The notes: a model not told the origin generated them from the letters alone. Numbered from the stretch's first letter, positions 37,329 to 49,145 are shown. The stretch: 64,000 nucleotides of DNA from Botryllus schlosseri (GCA_051294905.1 CM119373.1:29388001-29452000); one strand, 5' to 3'. Numbers and translations are program-made.

Positions 37329-40252
37329 GTACGAAGTATTTTTTCAAGAAAATCTGCGCTAACACGGCACGTCCTTCAAAATTAATTATATTTTTGAAAA
37401 CCAAACAGAACCGTTGACTTATCACCGACGAGTAGAGGAACAGGTGAAATATCTCAATCAAAAGGTATACAGTATCACACTAAAATAACATAATACCATG
37501 TTGCCTACGATCTAACTTATACCGAACCATAAACCTACATTTGCGAAAGCTGGTTTTCAGCTTATTGTATTACGGATTTGGTACATCCCTGTAAATACCG
37601 TTCGAAGGTTACACTATGTTGCAAGTTTTGACACATCTCATATTGCGCAGTAACCCTGTTTGAAGAACTCTGGTCTATAATTCTAAAACTAAATTGTGCT
37701 TTTGCGGACAACTCAGGTTGTCTTAGCTAAAACCTGATGCAATAATACGACGTCAAGCATGCAGTGAAGCAATGCCTAGTCGCATATAATGACTTCCTGA
37801 AATGGACTAACTCCCATTGCAGGGCGAGGCGAATATTATTGATTACTGACAATTGTGTGTTTTATAACACATAAGGGCTATGAAATTGTAAATCTACTGT
37901 AAGCCATGACAAACCTCGGCTTTGATAGACCGTACTGTTTTCAAACCTTTTTTGCGTACTGGATCACTAAACAGGGAAAAATGTGCTTGCTCGGGCTCTA
38001 TTAGGGACGTCCATTTCAAAACTGGTGCGTTATAGACTTCTACAATATCAACTCAAGTGTGTTCTAATTGTCAGGACATGATTGTAATTCACCAGAAATT
38101 GTTGTGTGGGTATGGTAATTTGTGTAATGATAGCTGCCTCCGTCAGCTGGTCTCTCCAAAATATTTGAAATAATGGAACAAGTGCTTGGGGCAGTTATAA
38201 GATTTTTTACGCTAGTCACCTTGTGATTAAATTAATCTAGGAGCACTAAAACTGAAATAGATGAAAATGATATTTACTCATATTACGCCTCAAATGTCAT
38301 GTAGTTACAAGTAAGTGAAATTAAGAGCAAGGTATCGGGTTTGTGCCAGTAATAGTGGTGGTCAGACTAGCTAGGTAGTCTTAAAAACAAAAGTAAAGTT
38401 GGCTAAATTTAAAAATACTCAAGTAAGTAGGTAGATTACAAAACATTGCTAAGTGAAACTTGGGTAGTGATAGATGTTTGTTTTCGATAATAGCCATTGG
38501 CATGTATGTAGCACAGGTATCTTATTCAAAAGTAACTATTGTTACGTGTCTGCATCTACAAAAGTAAGTTTTGCGTATTAGAGACGGCGCATAAATCGTA
38601 GATAATTCGGCAGCTAACAACGTTGGTTTACCAGTACTGGATAAGTTTACGCAGATATTGTTATAAAAAGAAACAAATGATACGATACTGAAGGAAGGGT
38701 TAGTTGACTTCTGAGGGTGAAAAGAACTACTTTTTGAATTTGTAGTTTGCAGAAGAAGTTACTCGGAACAGATTAGTTGCGAGAACATTGTTATATAGTT
38801 CGTTCAAAGTGTATTGACGTTGGTGACATAGCTATAGTAAAAAAGCCTAAAAAACGCGTACAGTTTTATAGCAAAACACAATAGTGTAGTAGTTAGCAGC
38901 GCAGGTGAGTTATTGAGCCTTCTGAATAAGGCCAAGAATGGCCGGCAGTTGCCTTGCCGATTGGAGCGGCTACGTGATGCCTTGAAATTATATAAGAAAT
39001 TCGATCCTTAAAATTTTTTTTGCCGAAAGTAGTAGGAAAATGGCAATTGATATATAAGTCACGTCATATTGGGATTGCATTTGGTGATGAGCTAAGCGAA
39101 TTGGTGATTAATTTTGCGATTCAAAATAAGTAAAAGCATGAGATTTGATTCGCAGGTTATGGGCGCCACCAAGCGGCTGGGTTAAACCAAGCAAGAATGT
39201 ATGTAATCAAAATGGCGAAAAATCGTACTTGTAAAAGGACGCATTACATACTACCACTTAATTGATGTCGCTTTTAGCTTTAATATCAAGTTTCGTAATT
39301 GAATGAGCGCTTAAGTTAATGTATGAGTTAAATTAAACCAATAAAAGTGAGAGAGACTAGGATACAAACCGTAGCCGTTTGTACAGTGCTCAGGTTGGCA
39401 ATGGACCAATAACAAGAATTATTGATGTATGAATGGCGTAGTTTATTGGTTACAGCCAAATACTCAGAAGGATACAGTAACTAATTAGCTAGGTAGTAAG
39501 AATGCATCTAATTAGAATTTCTCAATGGGCGTGCCACATAGAAGGTCATGAACCAAAAATTAGGTCCGATTTTTGGGATCCTTCGCGTTAAGATGGATCA
39601 AACGTGTCCATCCGAATCTGACTGTGATTCATGAGGATAAGGAAGTACACAGTGTTTAGAATGCGAGTTGGTAGACTGGTATTTGAAGGAGGTATGAGTG
39701 CACTATATTGATAACGGAGAAAGATGAATTGAGCAATGGAGGTATAAATCTCGAAAAATAGGTGTGTTAGGAAGGCGATGTTCCGTCACAAGATCCGGTA
39801 TATAATGGCCAATGGTCGCTCAAGTTCAGGTACAATTGCTGGACAATAAAAGAACTTGTACTAGATGAAGAAACAGGACATAAAATTGGTACAATCACCT
39901 ACAATTTTAATTCACCTGATTATAATTGATAGAAAGTTTTCGCTTTGAGCGCGGCCTCATATAAAATACGGATAATGTAGCAGTAAAAATGAACATCGAG
40001 ATTGATTTAGGATAAGGGATACCATGGCTATATCCTAGTGTGGCATATGTTAAAAAAAAAAAGGGGATGAATCGAAATAAGACGAATAGCATAATCACTG
40101 CGTACTGTGGTGCGAGCTCGCTAAGAAAAATGAAAGCTTCCAGTGGCATTCTTGGAAAATTTATGACACATAGACCTATTACATTTCCACAGACTTGGTA
40201 TAAATAGGGTCAAGAAACAGCAATACATCTCTTTGCTGGTATAACTGTAGCC

Positions 40253-40768
40253 ATGACAAGTGCTGATGCCATGGAGGCCTCTGTTCTGGATGAACAAATC
40301 TGGACCGGAAGGTGGATTGTTGTATTAAAAAATATAGATGAATTTCTCAAATCATGCCAAACATCGCCTGAAGCGGATGAAAATAAGGAAAATGAACAAG
40401 AAATTGACGAGGCCACCTTGGAAAGCTATTTTGAAAGAAACCCTTCGATTTGGGGAGATAGTACCGATTCGGAATTAGATCTAACCGACTCGGATGGAAG
40501 TTTGAGTATCTCGTCACATACTGATTCTGGACATGATGATATAGAGTCCTATTTTTACTCAGATAATGAGTCCGGGTCTTATTCTGATTCCGAGTCTAGT
40601 GATTTGACAGACTCGGACGAAAGTTTGAATACTCTACCCGATACTGACTCTGGGGTTAATAGTAGCGATTCCGATCTATCCTCAGATCATGAACAGTTAC
40701 GATCTCTTGACGAGGCAACTCTCAGGCGCCTTGATAGAATGTTTTGGCGCCCCTGGATGAACGAGTAA
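40253..40768 (+). CDS. Acidic Asp/Glu/Ser-rich protein with a near-terminal WRPW motif
   Basis: 171 aa, repeated DLTDSD/DTDSG units, ends RMFWRPWMNE. Confidence 0.65.
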   Translation: MTSADAMEASVLDEQIWTGRWIVVLKNIDEFLKSCQTSPEADENKENEQEIDEATLESYFERNPSIWGDSTDSELDLTDSDGSLSISSHTDSGHDDIESYFYSDNESGSYSDSESSDLTDSDESLNTLPDTDSGVNSSDSDLSSDHEQLRSLDEATLRRLDRMFWRPWMNE

Positions 40769-41567
40769 AATCGGAAAATTATGCGACCAAATGTACAAAT
40801 CCATAGGGACCATAATTTGTGGTGTGTGTATATTGACGATTTTGCATTATTACCAAAGATGTCGCGTTCTCTTATTATTTTGCAATGTTATTATGAAACA
40901 AGTTATACTGCGTGTATCTGGTTGTTGAAAGAGTTGAGCACCAAAATAACAACGTTAGTATATTCGACAGCTTTATGAAGTATAAGATAGATCGTTGGCT
41001 TGCATAAGATAGGAGATTAGTCATAGAGGCCTCAGACTCAAATGTGCACGCGGGACATTTCCTAGTTTAGGCAACACTGCGCGCCGTAGCACCAATAATC
41101 TGAGTATTTGATATGTGGGTTCTAGCTTGGTAGTACTTGATAGTTATTTACAGGCAGGCGCTCAACAAACAACGTTAAGTTGTAATTCACTATTACATTA
41201 TTCACGTTTAATTAAGATCATAACATTTTCGAAAAATTAGAATAAAAAAAAAAAAAAATTTTTTTTTTGGACCAAAGCATATCTTCTTTTAGTTAAAAGG
41301 TTATAAATTGTGGTGCCTGTGACACATTAGTTCTATCCTCAGGACTCTAATTGATTCTAACATCTGGTCCCGCTCAGCTGGTGTCGTTATTTTATGATCA
41401 TCTAATTAGTCTTAGAATAAGTAAGTTGATGTTGTAGCACCAAATTAATTTATAATTTTTAAGTCACGAATGATGGTAACAATATTAGACAATATCTTTG
41501 ACTAAAAGGAAATATTATTCTCTTTAGGTGTAAAAATAACAAGGACATAAATAAAATAAATAAAAGA

Positions 41568-42086
41568 ATGTCTGCCTCAATAACTAAAGAACAATTGTGG
41601 GAGTTATCTATTGAAAATATCGAACTATGGTACGAAGAACTTCGGGGGGTGAAAAAGACAGAGAGATTACAACGATGGAATGATTTTTTCGAGGACATTA
41701 AGAATGGAACTAGACATTATGCGGAGGCTTTCTTCGAAGGAATGGGAGCGAGTAATGAAAAGGTTAAAGAATGGCCGTGGCGAAATGACTATCGTAGAAA
41801 GCACTTAAAAAATCGAAGGGTAGCAAACATAAAACCATATTCACAAAGGAAATCGGCCTCAAACAAACAGAATAGAAATGAAGACATAGCGGCTAGCTCC
41901 TCAACATCGACAAGTAGTCCTCTTTTGACACCCATACTGACGTCGTCTTCAACAAGCCACGACTTGCCGCATACTGGCAATGTTATGACAGATGAGACGT
42001 ATGCATCTTTTGGCAGTATCATGTTTCGTCAACAACTGCCTATCGCTAGGTTTCAGCCTACAACATCACGTCATGCTGATGTTTAA
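41568..42086 (+). CDS. Hypothetical viral accessory protein (172 aa)
   Basis: ATG-started ORF on the element strand, preceded by a TCTTTAG acceptor-like site; no recognisable domain. Confidence 0.55.
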   Translation: MSASITKEQLWELSIENIELWYEELRGVKKTERLQRWNDFFEDIKNGTRHYAEAFFEGMGASNEKVKEWPWRNDYRRKHLKNRRVANIKPYSQRKSASNKQNRNEDIAASSSTSTSSPLLTPILTSSSTSHDLPHTGNVMTDETYASFGSIMFRQQLPIARFQPTTSRHADV

Positions 42087-42269
42087 TTCATTTCTCGCAT
42101 GTTATTTGACTAACATGATTGGTAGGGTTGTATTAATGAAGTTGAGCTAATGTATTTTATCTGCCTCGCATTGATGTACAATATGAACCAATATACTAAT
42201 GTTGCGTGAATAAAAAGGAAAACATTTTGTATTCTAGAAATATAAATAGTGAACTAATTAAAGAAGACA

Positions 42270-43130
42270 ATGTGTTACGGGTTATTATGTAATCCTGATA
42301 CGGACCATAAAGTTGTCCACGAATGGGCAATGCAGTTCACTCTGACGCATAGGCAGCAGATGGTAATGGAAGCCATAAAAACTGCGCCGGTTCGGGACCG
42401 ATTGATGAGCCTCTTGTTGGGTACTTGTGAAAGGGACAATCCAAGGGTACAATATTGGCAACAATGTATGTACACCAAAGAGGACTGGACAAAATTAAGA
42501 AAGCCTTTTCACCCGGTCGGGAACAGTGAATGCAAAAGCTGCTGGCTTACGACGAATGTTAAGCCATATTTCAAGAACACTTTGCAGGTTCTTGAACTTA
42601 TAAAAGTGTGCCATGTCTATTTATTAGAAGCCTGTAGTATGCACAAAGGACTAGATCAAAACACCGAAAAAGATAAAGGAAATATAGTGCTTTATGTATT
42701 ATATCCAGAAGCGATAATAACCGCCATAGCTCTCCTGTTGCAACAATATCGAGGGGCAAAAAACATGCGAACTTTTTGTTTTACGAGATGTCGAATGGAC
42801 GCAGAATTTGAGTTCCTATTTGGGGGGAACCCTGAACAATGGAAGTTTACATACGGGTCCACAACCACTTTTGGTTATGTGGGGGGCGTTTTTATTCTAC
42901 CGATTGACCAACTGTCGGAATCAGCTCTTGAAACCTCGTTAAAAAAAGAGGGAAACAAACAAATAGTCAAAAATACCAGTTCGGAAACTACATTGGTGTT
43001 TGACATTGAGCCTTCAACCAGTAGAGATGATAGGCTTACGAACAGACTAGAGGCTCCGACCCGAATGGTAGCTTTAGGGAGACCCAGTGCAGACGGAACC
43101 CATGGTGTTTCTAGTGTTAAAATGAGCTGA
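42270..43130 (+). CDS. Hypothetical viral accessory protein (286 aa)
   Basis: Long ATG-started ORF on the element strand with several Cys/His residues; no family recognised. Confidence 0.65.
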   Translation: MCYGLLCNPDTDHKVVHEWAMQFTLTHRQQMVMEAIKTAPVRDRLMSLLLGTCERDNPRVQYWQQCMYTKEDWTKLRKPFHPVGNSECKSCWLTTNVKPYFKNTLQVLELIKVCHVYLLEACSMHKGLDQNTEKDKGNIVLYVLYPEAIITAIALLLQQYRGAKNMRTFCFTRCRMDAEFEFLFGGNPEQWKFTYGSTTTFGYVGGVFILPIDQLSESALETSLKKEGNKQIVKNTSSETTLVFDIEPSTSRDDRLTNRLEAPTRMVALGRPSADGTHGVSSVKMS

Positions 43131-44605
43131 TTCTAAAATGAGCTACTAATAATTTGATCTAGAAATTGTCTTCAGAAATGCGGTAAAGACGTAATATGGA
43201 ATTGTAAGATAGGTTAATCTGGACTTTTAGGGCTAGCCTAAAAGATAAGCCATGATAACTGAATTATTTAGGACTGACTGGTAATGGTTTAGGACAAATT
43301 TACAAATTCGGCATCATTACCAAAAAGTCAAACTAAACGGAAAAAGTATAGAAGCCGGGTATAGCGAAGCCGGAGATTAGCAAAAGTGGAGACTATATCC
43401 CTGTATTTTACTATCTATATATATACTCAGATGATAATACAGTTTATATTTTTATTAAAAGATTCCGATACATTGATCAATCGCTGGGATAGTTCCCACT
43501 ATCACCTCCCCTAGAATAACAACCCGGGGACTATGAGAACTTGAGTACTTGAATGCAAGACCGACCTATCTTTATTGCAAAAACTTTTTTAAATTCGAGA
43601 AGAACTTGTTACTGTCAATTATGAAGAACTGTATGATGCTTGTTTCCTATAATATTGAATGTTATGTGCGTATTTTCGGCTGCAATTTTCGTGTTTAAAA
43701 TTGGTCTGTAACGGCCCCAGACTACCTACCCTATCACAAATCACCTCGTGTTCATACTTAAATGTTATGCTAATCGAATTATATTTTATAAAGGCTGACG
43801 TGAGCGTAATTTTTTCTGTTTTTGCCCGCAACTGTCGCTCTGCCAAAACCTCTTTGTATGAGCCCCACACCAAATTGACGCTATTTTGATTATTGCTGCT
43901 ATTACATTTTTCTGATTATGTAAATTCTTTATTGTACTATACATAAGATGCGTAAAGATTAGCTTAGCCCCTAGTCTTTTACCCAATACTCGATTATGTA
44001 AAATTTGTGTAAAGTAATATTTTGCAAATTGCTCACATTCCTGTCCTCATGGCACCCTTCCTAAAATAGTCTCTATGAGACGTGTTTGTGTAATACTTGT
44101 ATAAATGATCCTTGAATAAATTAGTTTCGCCATTCAGAGAAACTCGGGTCGAAACATTTCTTATGGAAGGGAAGGAAGGAATGATGAGTAATATTACCTT
44201 TTAAATTGATATGTTGTATTACTTTCCCCACTAAAAAAAATCTTCAAAAATATGAAATATCTAAATTTGTTTATAGATTATAAAAATTAATAAAAACGAC
44301 AGTCAAAACCAAAAGAGAAAAAGTCATATTCTAAGAAAATCTTCAAAGAAAAAAATTATATAAATTAAAACCAAAAGAAAAAATTTTCAAAACAATAAAA
44401 TCCCTTGTGGGGGGGAGAGATTTATTGCCCAATAAGTACTGGGTGATTAATAAATGAATAAATGTCTTTATGAGTATGGAGGATACTTTATATAAGTTCG
44501 GAATAAAAATTAAAGGCATTGTATGAATCTTGAAAATTACTATACCGAGAAAATGGAAAATTGTACATATTTTTAAGGTATTAATAAAAAATAAAAATAA
44601 AAGGA

Positions 44606-45175
44606 ATGTTGGAATTTGATTATATTGAAGGTCAAAACGACCTACCAAATTGGTTTCTTTTGTATGATGTATATGATGAATTGGATCTACTGAATCTGAA
44701 AGAATATGATAGCGAGGAGGAGAGATTCCAGTTAAAAGAAAGAGTGTGGGAATTGCTTACGGACCGAGAGGATTGGGTTAAACAAACAGACAATGGCCTA
44801 GAAGAGGCAGCCCTAGATGAGGAAATAACCTCAGAAATTTTTGATGTGTTCAATCATGTGGTAGAAGAGATATTTGAAATAAGAGCGAAAGAATACACCT
44901 CTTTTGGAAGAAGAGTCATGTTGTATGAATTGATTAGAGGACTTGTGATGAAACTTACAAACACTAATATAACAAAGAATGTGTACCAGGAGAGAGAATA
45001 TTGTAAAGATCCGCCACATATGGAACAATGGAATTGTCAAAATAATTTGGGAATAAAAGGTTATTCAAGTTCAATACATTGGCGAACAAAAAGGATAAGG
45101 CGTATAGAAATACATCCTTACCCCTATGAAGGGGAAAGTGTGAACATTGACTCTATAATACCGGAACAATCATGA
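44606..45175 (+). CDS. Hypothetical protein, orphan family B member 1
   Basis: RRVMLYELIRGLVM...WNCQNNLGIKGY matches the 48246 ORF. Confidence 0.7.
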   Translation: MLEFDYIEGQNDLPNWFLLYDVYDELDLLNLKEYDSEEERFQLKERVWELLTDREDWVKQTDNGLEEAALDEEITSEIFDVFNHVVEEIFEIRAKEYTSFGRRVMLYELIRGLVMKLTNTNITKNVYQEREYCKDPPHMEQWNCQNNLGIKGYSSSIHWRTKRIRRIEIHPYPYEGESVNIDSIIPEQS

Positions 45176-45270
45176 ATAATGACAACGAATGTAAATAAGA
45201 TTTTGACTTACAAAGGACACTTTTTCGAAGGTATAGAGGAACAGAGTGGGTTATCTAATTTAGGAGTAAA

Positions 45271-46311
45271 ATGAACCGAGTGGAACTACTAGTATTATGG
45301 CTGGGCATGTGTTATGCTATTTATCCGGAAACAATAGAACAAAAGAAATGTACAATTAATGAAAGACGAACCATGTTATACCCGGAATGCATGCAAGGAA
45401 GCAATTTGGTACTTTGGTGTGACCATTCGAGTTATACAAGGATTCCGGATCCTGACAAAATATACCTGGCAAAATCTTGTCGGAACACAGTAAAGATATT
45501 CATCAACGACAGCTGCCTACGGGAAATAACCAAAGGACAATTGGAAAAGTATAAAGAAGTAGAGGTGTTGCATTGTGGTTGGAATAAAATCCAAACAATA
45601 CCAGGAGGAGTCTTCTGCAAAAATGAAAAGCTCAAGGAGGTAAACTTGATGCGCAACTACATCACACGAATTGAAAAAGAAAGCTTTTCAGGCTTATACC
45701 AACTGGAAAGTCTGTACTTAAGCAGTAATTTGTTGGCAGAGGTGGAAGGATCGATATTTGCCAGTCTGGAGAATCTGCAAAAGCTATATCTGGACAATAA
45801 TGAGATAAAAAGATTGAGGAATGGAACATTTGTTCACTTGCGCCGTCTCAGGATACTGGATTTATCAAGAAATGCAATAAACGCTATAGAAAAAGGGGCG
45901 TTCCAAGGACTGAGGAAACTGGAAACGTTACACTTGGATGAAAATAGACTGGTTGAGTTTGATATGACAGTACTCGAATCTTTATGTAATTTAGAGAGAT
46001 TAACGTTGTACTATAATGAATTACAATATTTTTCCCTGTCCTCCAATATCTCGTTCAAATATCTACATACTATTGATCTTAGTTATAATCACGTTCAATT
46101 TCTTAGTGATTCTCTATTGAAAAAATTACCAGACTTGGAGGTGTTAAAATTAAATAGACATAATAATGGAACGCCTACCAAAAGACCCCATGTGCGTAAA
46201 CAATCGAGATTATATTATAATGAGATGAAAAATTTATCCCATTGTGTGACTATACTTTCGAAAGGTATATTTACCGTTATTGTATGGCTAGTCACTATTG
46301 AACTGATGTAA
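45271..46311 (+). CDS. Secreted or membrane-anchored leucine-rich repeat protein
   Basis: Signal peptide, Cys-containing N-cap, about 9 extracellular-type LxxLxLxxNxI/L repeats, hydrophobic C-terminus. Confidence 0.88.
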   Translation: MNRVELLVLWLGMCYAIYPETIEQKKCTINERRTMLYPECMQGSNLVLWCDHSSYTRIPDPDKIYLAKSCRNTVKIFINDSCLREITKGQLEKYKEVEVLHCGWNKIQTIPGGVFCKNEKLKEVNLMRNYITRIEKESFSGLYQLESLYLSSNLLAEVEGSIFASLENLQKLYLDNNEIKRLRNGTFVHLRRLRILDLSRNAINAIEKGAFQGLRKLETLHLDENRLVEFDMTVLESLCNLERLTLYYNELQYFSLSSNISFKYLHTIDLSYNHVQFLSDSLLKKLPDLEVLKLNRHNNGTPTKRPHVRKQSRLYYNEMKNLSHCVTILSKGIFTVIVWLVTIELM

Positions 46312-46375
46312 ATCTAAAGAAAATATAGAATCTTGAGGTATTGATTCAGTATCGTCCTGTTCAACTAATAATAAG

Positions 46376-46930
46376 ATGTTTAATATATTAGAATACGGTA
46401 AAAATATTACTAAAAGTATCAAAATGTGTTTGGGATTGCGTTGTGATGATCCGGAGATACAACATTTGACCTGGATACCCCAAAAGGAAACACTAATAGA
46501 CAACGGATTAAAGTCGCTGAAGTTTCTGTTGACAACATATTCACTGACGGATCACTTATGTGATATAATGTACGACGAATTAAATCCACGACTACTATAT
46601 TGGAAACAAAAGTATGGTGTCACAACATGCAACAATCATTGGCTGGGGAAACATCTGGTTGAAAATGAGTGGGAAGAAATTTATACAGGAAGCATTTACC
46701 CTGAAAAACCTATACAAATGGCTTTTGCAGAAATTTGCATAAACTGGGTAACAATTTTAAAAAGAGTAAATCCTGAAATAAGGGAATTTCTAAAAAAGGG
46801 AGATTCTGAAAGAGATCTCATAATGTGGATAATCTTTCCGGAAGTTCAAATTTATGCATTGGCAAAGACGCAGGAAATATCATTAAAGGAAGCCGATTGT
46901 AGATTTATGACTTTGAAAGTACCTGCATGA
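46376..46930 (+). CDS. Hypothetical viral accessory protein (184 aa)
   Basis: ATG-started ORF tightly packed between the LRR and DDE2 genes. Confidence 0.6.
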   Translation: MFNILEYGKNITKSIKMCLGLRCDDPEIQHLTWIPQKETLIDNGLKSLKFLLTTYSLTDHLCDIMYDELNPRLLYWKQKYGVTTCNNHWLGKHLVENEWEEIYTGSIYPEKPIQMAFAEICINWVTILKRVNPEIREFLKKGDSERDLIMWIIFPEVQIYALAKTQEISLKEADCRFMTLKVPA

Positions 46931-46998
46931 AACTTAACTTTCCGATGTTTATGTATACAGAAACTACTTTTGAAAAGACAATTAAGTTTTAAATAAAT

Positions 46999-47946
46999 AT
47001 GAAGACTAAAGAACCCAGAAAAAGAAGAAATCTATTCAATCTTGCTCGATGTGGTATAATATCAAGTGAACGAAAATGTATAAAGTTTTTGCGATCACGG
47101 AAACTTCTTGTTCAAAAGGAAACATGTTTTAAATGTGGACAACAAATGAATGAAGAAAAATGCAAAAGAACTATGGATGGATATAGATGGAGGTGTCTGG
47201 GTTCAAAGTGCCGGACTACCACGTCCATAAGGAAAAGATCGCTATTTGAAGGAAGCAAAATAAGACTCACCCAACTTGTAATGATGATTTATCTTTGGAC
47301 CATAGATGTATCTCAACGACAAATAGCTTTTGAAGCACACGTTAGCAAGAGAACAATGGTGAATTGGACCAAGAAACTTCGTAAGATATGCTCTGGGGAG
47401 ATGGAAAGAAGAGATACTCTAATAGGGGGAATATCACAAGGTAAATCACATGTAATTCAAATTGATGAGACGTTTGTGGCCAAAAGAAAATTTAATCGTG
47501 GAAGAATAATACGCCAACGCTGGGTTTTGGCTGGAATAGATATGAAAACGCGAGAAATGTTTGCAGAATTGGTACCTGAAGAAGGGAGAAGAACCTCTGT
47601 ATTATCAGAAATAATTATGAAACACGTAAAAGAGGGATCCACTATATGGACTGATTCATTTGCCAGTTACCGCAAGTTGGAAAGCCTGGGAATGAATTAT
47701 AAACATTCAATAGTTAATCATGATCGCGAATTTGTCACCCCAGAAGGCATAAATACACAATTGATCGAGGTGTCTTGGAATTTTTTCAAAGCTGCTATTA
47801 GAAGACTGAATGGGGTATCAAGATCACATATTCCCCATTACTTACAGGAGTGGCTCTGGAAGAGAAGAGTGGCCTTGGAAGAAAGATTTCAACGATTTCT
47901 GGATATAATTGTCCTTGATCCCAACTTTCGGACATTAGAACATTGA
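46999..47946 (+). CDS. IS1595/ISXO2-like (Merlin-type) DDE transposase 2
   Basis: CFKC...WRCLGSKC, IQIDETFV, KRKFNRGR, IWTDSFASY, HSIVNH, TQLIEVSWNFFK, YLQEWLW; no flanking TIRs. Confidence 0.9.
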   Translation: MKTKEPRKRRNLFNLARCGIISSERKCIKFLRSRKLLVQKETCFKCGQQMNEEKCKRTMDGYRWRCLGSKCRTTTSIRKRSLFEGSKIRLTQLVMMIYLWTIDVSQRQIAFEAHVSKRTMVNWTKKLRKICSGEMERRDTLIGGISQGKSHVIQIDETFVAKRKFNRGRIIRQRWVLAGIDMKTREMFAELVPEEGRRTSVLSEIIMKHVKEGSTIWTDSFASYRKLESLGMNYKHSIVNHDREFVTPEGINTQLIEVSWNFFKAAIRRLNGVSRSHIPHYLQEWLWKRRVALEERFQRFLDIIVLDPNFRTLEH

Positions 47947-48245
47947 AACAATGTTTGTCACTATGAGTAATATCATCCGACATGAGAGGTTGAATCTTCA
48001 GGGAAGCAATAGAGGCATGTATTATAATATACATGCTTAGAAAATCTATGAAATGTTTCTATTAAAGTACATATATGAGTCGAAATAATAATATAATTGC
48101 ATTATATTGTTGTTGTATCATAGTGAGGGAATGTATTATATATATGTCATGTGATGTATCAAATACCAGAATTAAATGCATTGAAGTCTTGAATTGAAAT
48201 CCTTTTATTGATATTGCATATTATTGTTATATTGACAGGGAAAAA

Positions 48246-48896
48246 ATGTATCTATCTGAAGTACAGGAGTATAATACTGCTATTTTTTGTAAATTGATGA
48301 GTCAATTAGATAAAGTGGATGTACAAAAAAATACTGGCTGTCTAAAATTGCTGATGGAGATGGTAAAAAATTTTTTTGAACAAGAACATAATTGGTACAA
48401 GAGACAACTTCCATGCGGTAACGAAATATCCAATGGTTGGATGTCGGAGGACGAAACGTCTAGTAATACGGACTCTGACGACTCCCAAGATTCTGCCATT
48501 GTGAAAGATTCATCACGACGACGACGACTTATAGTATGGAATAAACAGACAATACGACCCGATGAAAATACATGGACTATAATTACGGAAACCTTGATGG
48601 GAGTTGTCCGAAGAATACCTCCCCTATGTATGAGGCGAGTAATATATGAAGTAATACGAGGAGTAGTAATGGGCTATACAAGGTTGTTGATATGTTCAAA
48701 TAGCCTTGCTTATGTTACAGACGCAAATTGCAAGTGGATTTGGCACAGCCAAACCAATTTAGGAGTAAAAGGATATATGTTGTTGGATTCTGACACATCT
48801 GTTATGGATGCATATATATATATATACTCGAAGAAAGTAGATAAGAAAGCCCAGTCAATGAATCAATATCTGGAAAATTCCTATATTTTCGATTAA
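48246..48896 (+). CDS. Hypothetical protein, orphan family B member 2
   Basis: MRRVIYEVIRGVVM...WHSQTNLGVKGY matches the 44606 ORF. Confidence 0.7.
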   Translation: MYLSEVQEYNTAIFCKLMSQLDKVDVQKNTGCLKLLMEMVKNFFEQEHNWYKRQLPCGNEISNGWMSEDETSSNTDSDDSQDSAIVKDSSRRRRLIVWNKQTIRPDENTWTIITETLMGVVRRIPPLCMRRVIYEVIRGVVMGYTRLLICSNSLAYVTDANCKWIWHSQTNLGVKGYMLLDSDTSVMDAYIYIYSKKVDKKAQSMNQYLENSYIFD

Positions 48897-49145
48897 CATC
48901 TCCATCAATTGTTGTTGCATGTTGACGATTAAATAATGATTTCACACCTAATCCATGGAATTTATCGAACCAATGCTAATTTTGAACCTTGAGAAATTTC
49001 ATGTAATGATTTTTTTTAACAGAATGTTTGTGTATTATTACTAGAATGTTGGATTGGTATGGTTATATTTAGACATTTTGATCTGTAATATTGAACGCCT
49101 GTTCTATCAAAAGCAATTACACCGAGAAACGACCGAATTGAAACT

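Noticed and set aside
39770-39930. About 50 open codons (EGDVPSQDPVYNGQW...)
   Set aside because: No start codon and no recognisable homology; possibly a decayed gene but unsupported.
40781-40978. YIDD in a 65-aa ORF
   Set aside because: No other RT motifs; a chance tetrapeptide.
41241-41268. AATAAA plus an A-run/T-run palindrome
   Set aside because: Low-complexity homopolymers; cannot be distinguished from slippage or a retroposed tail.
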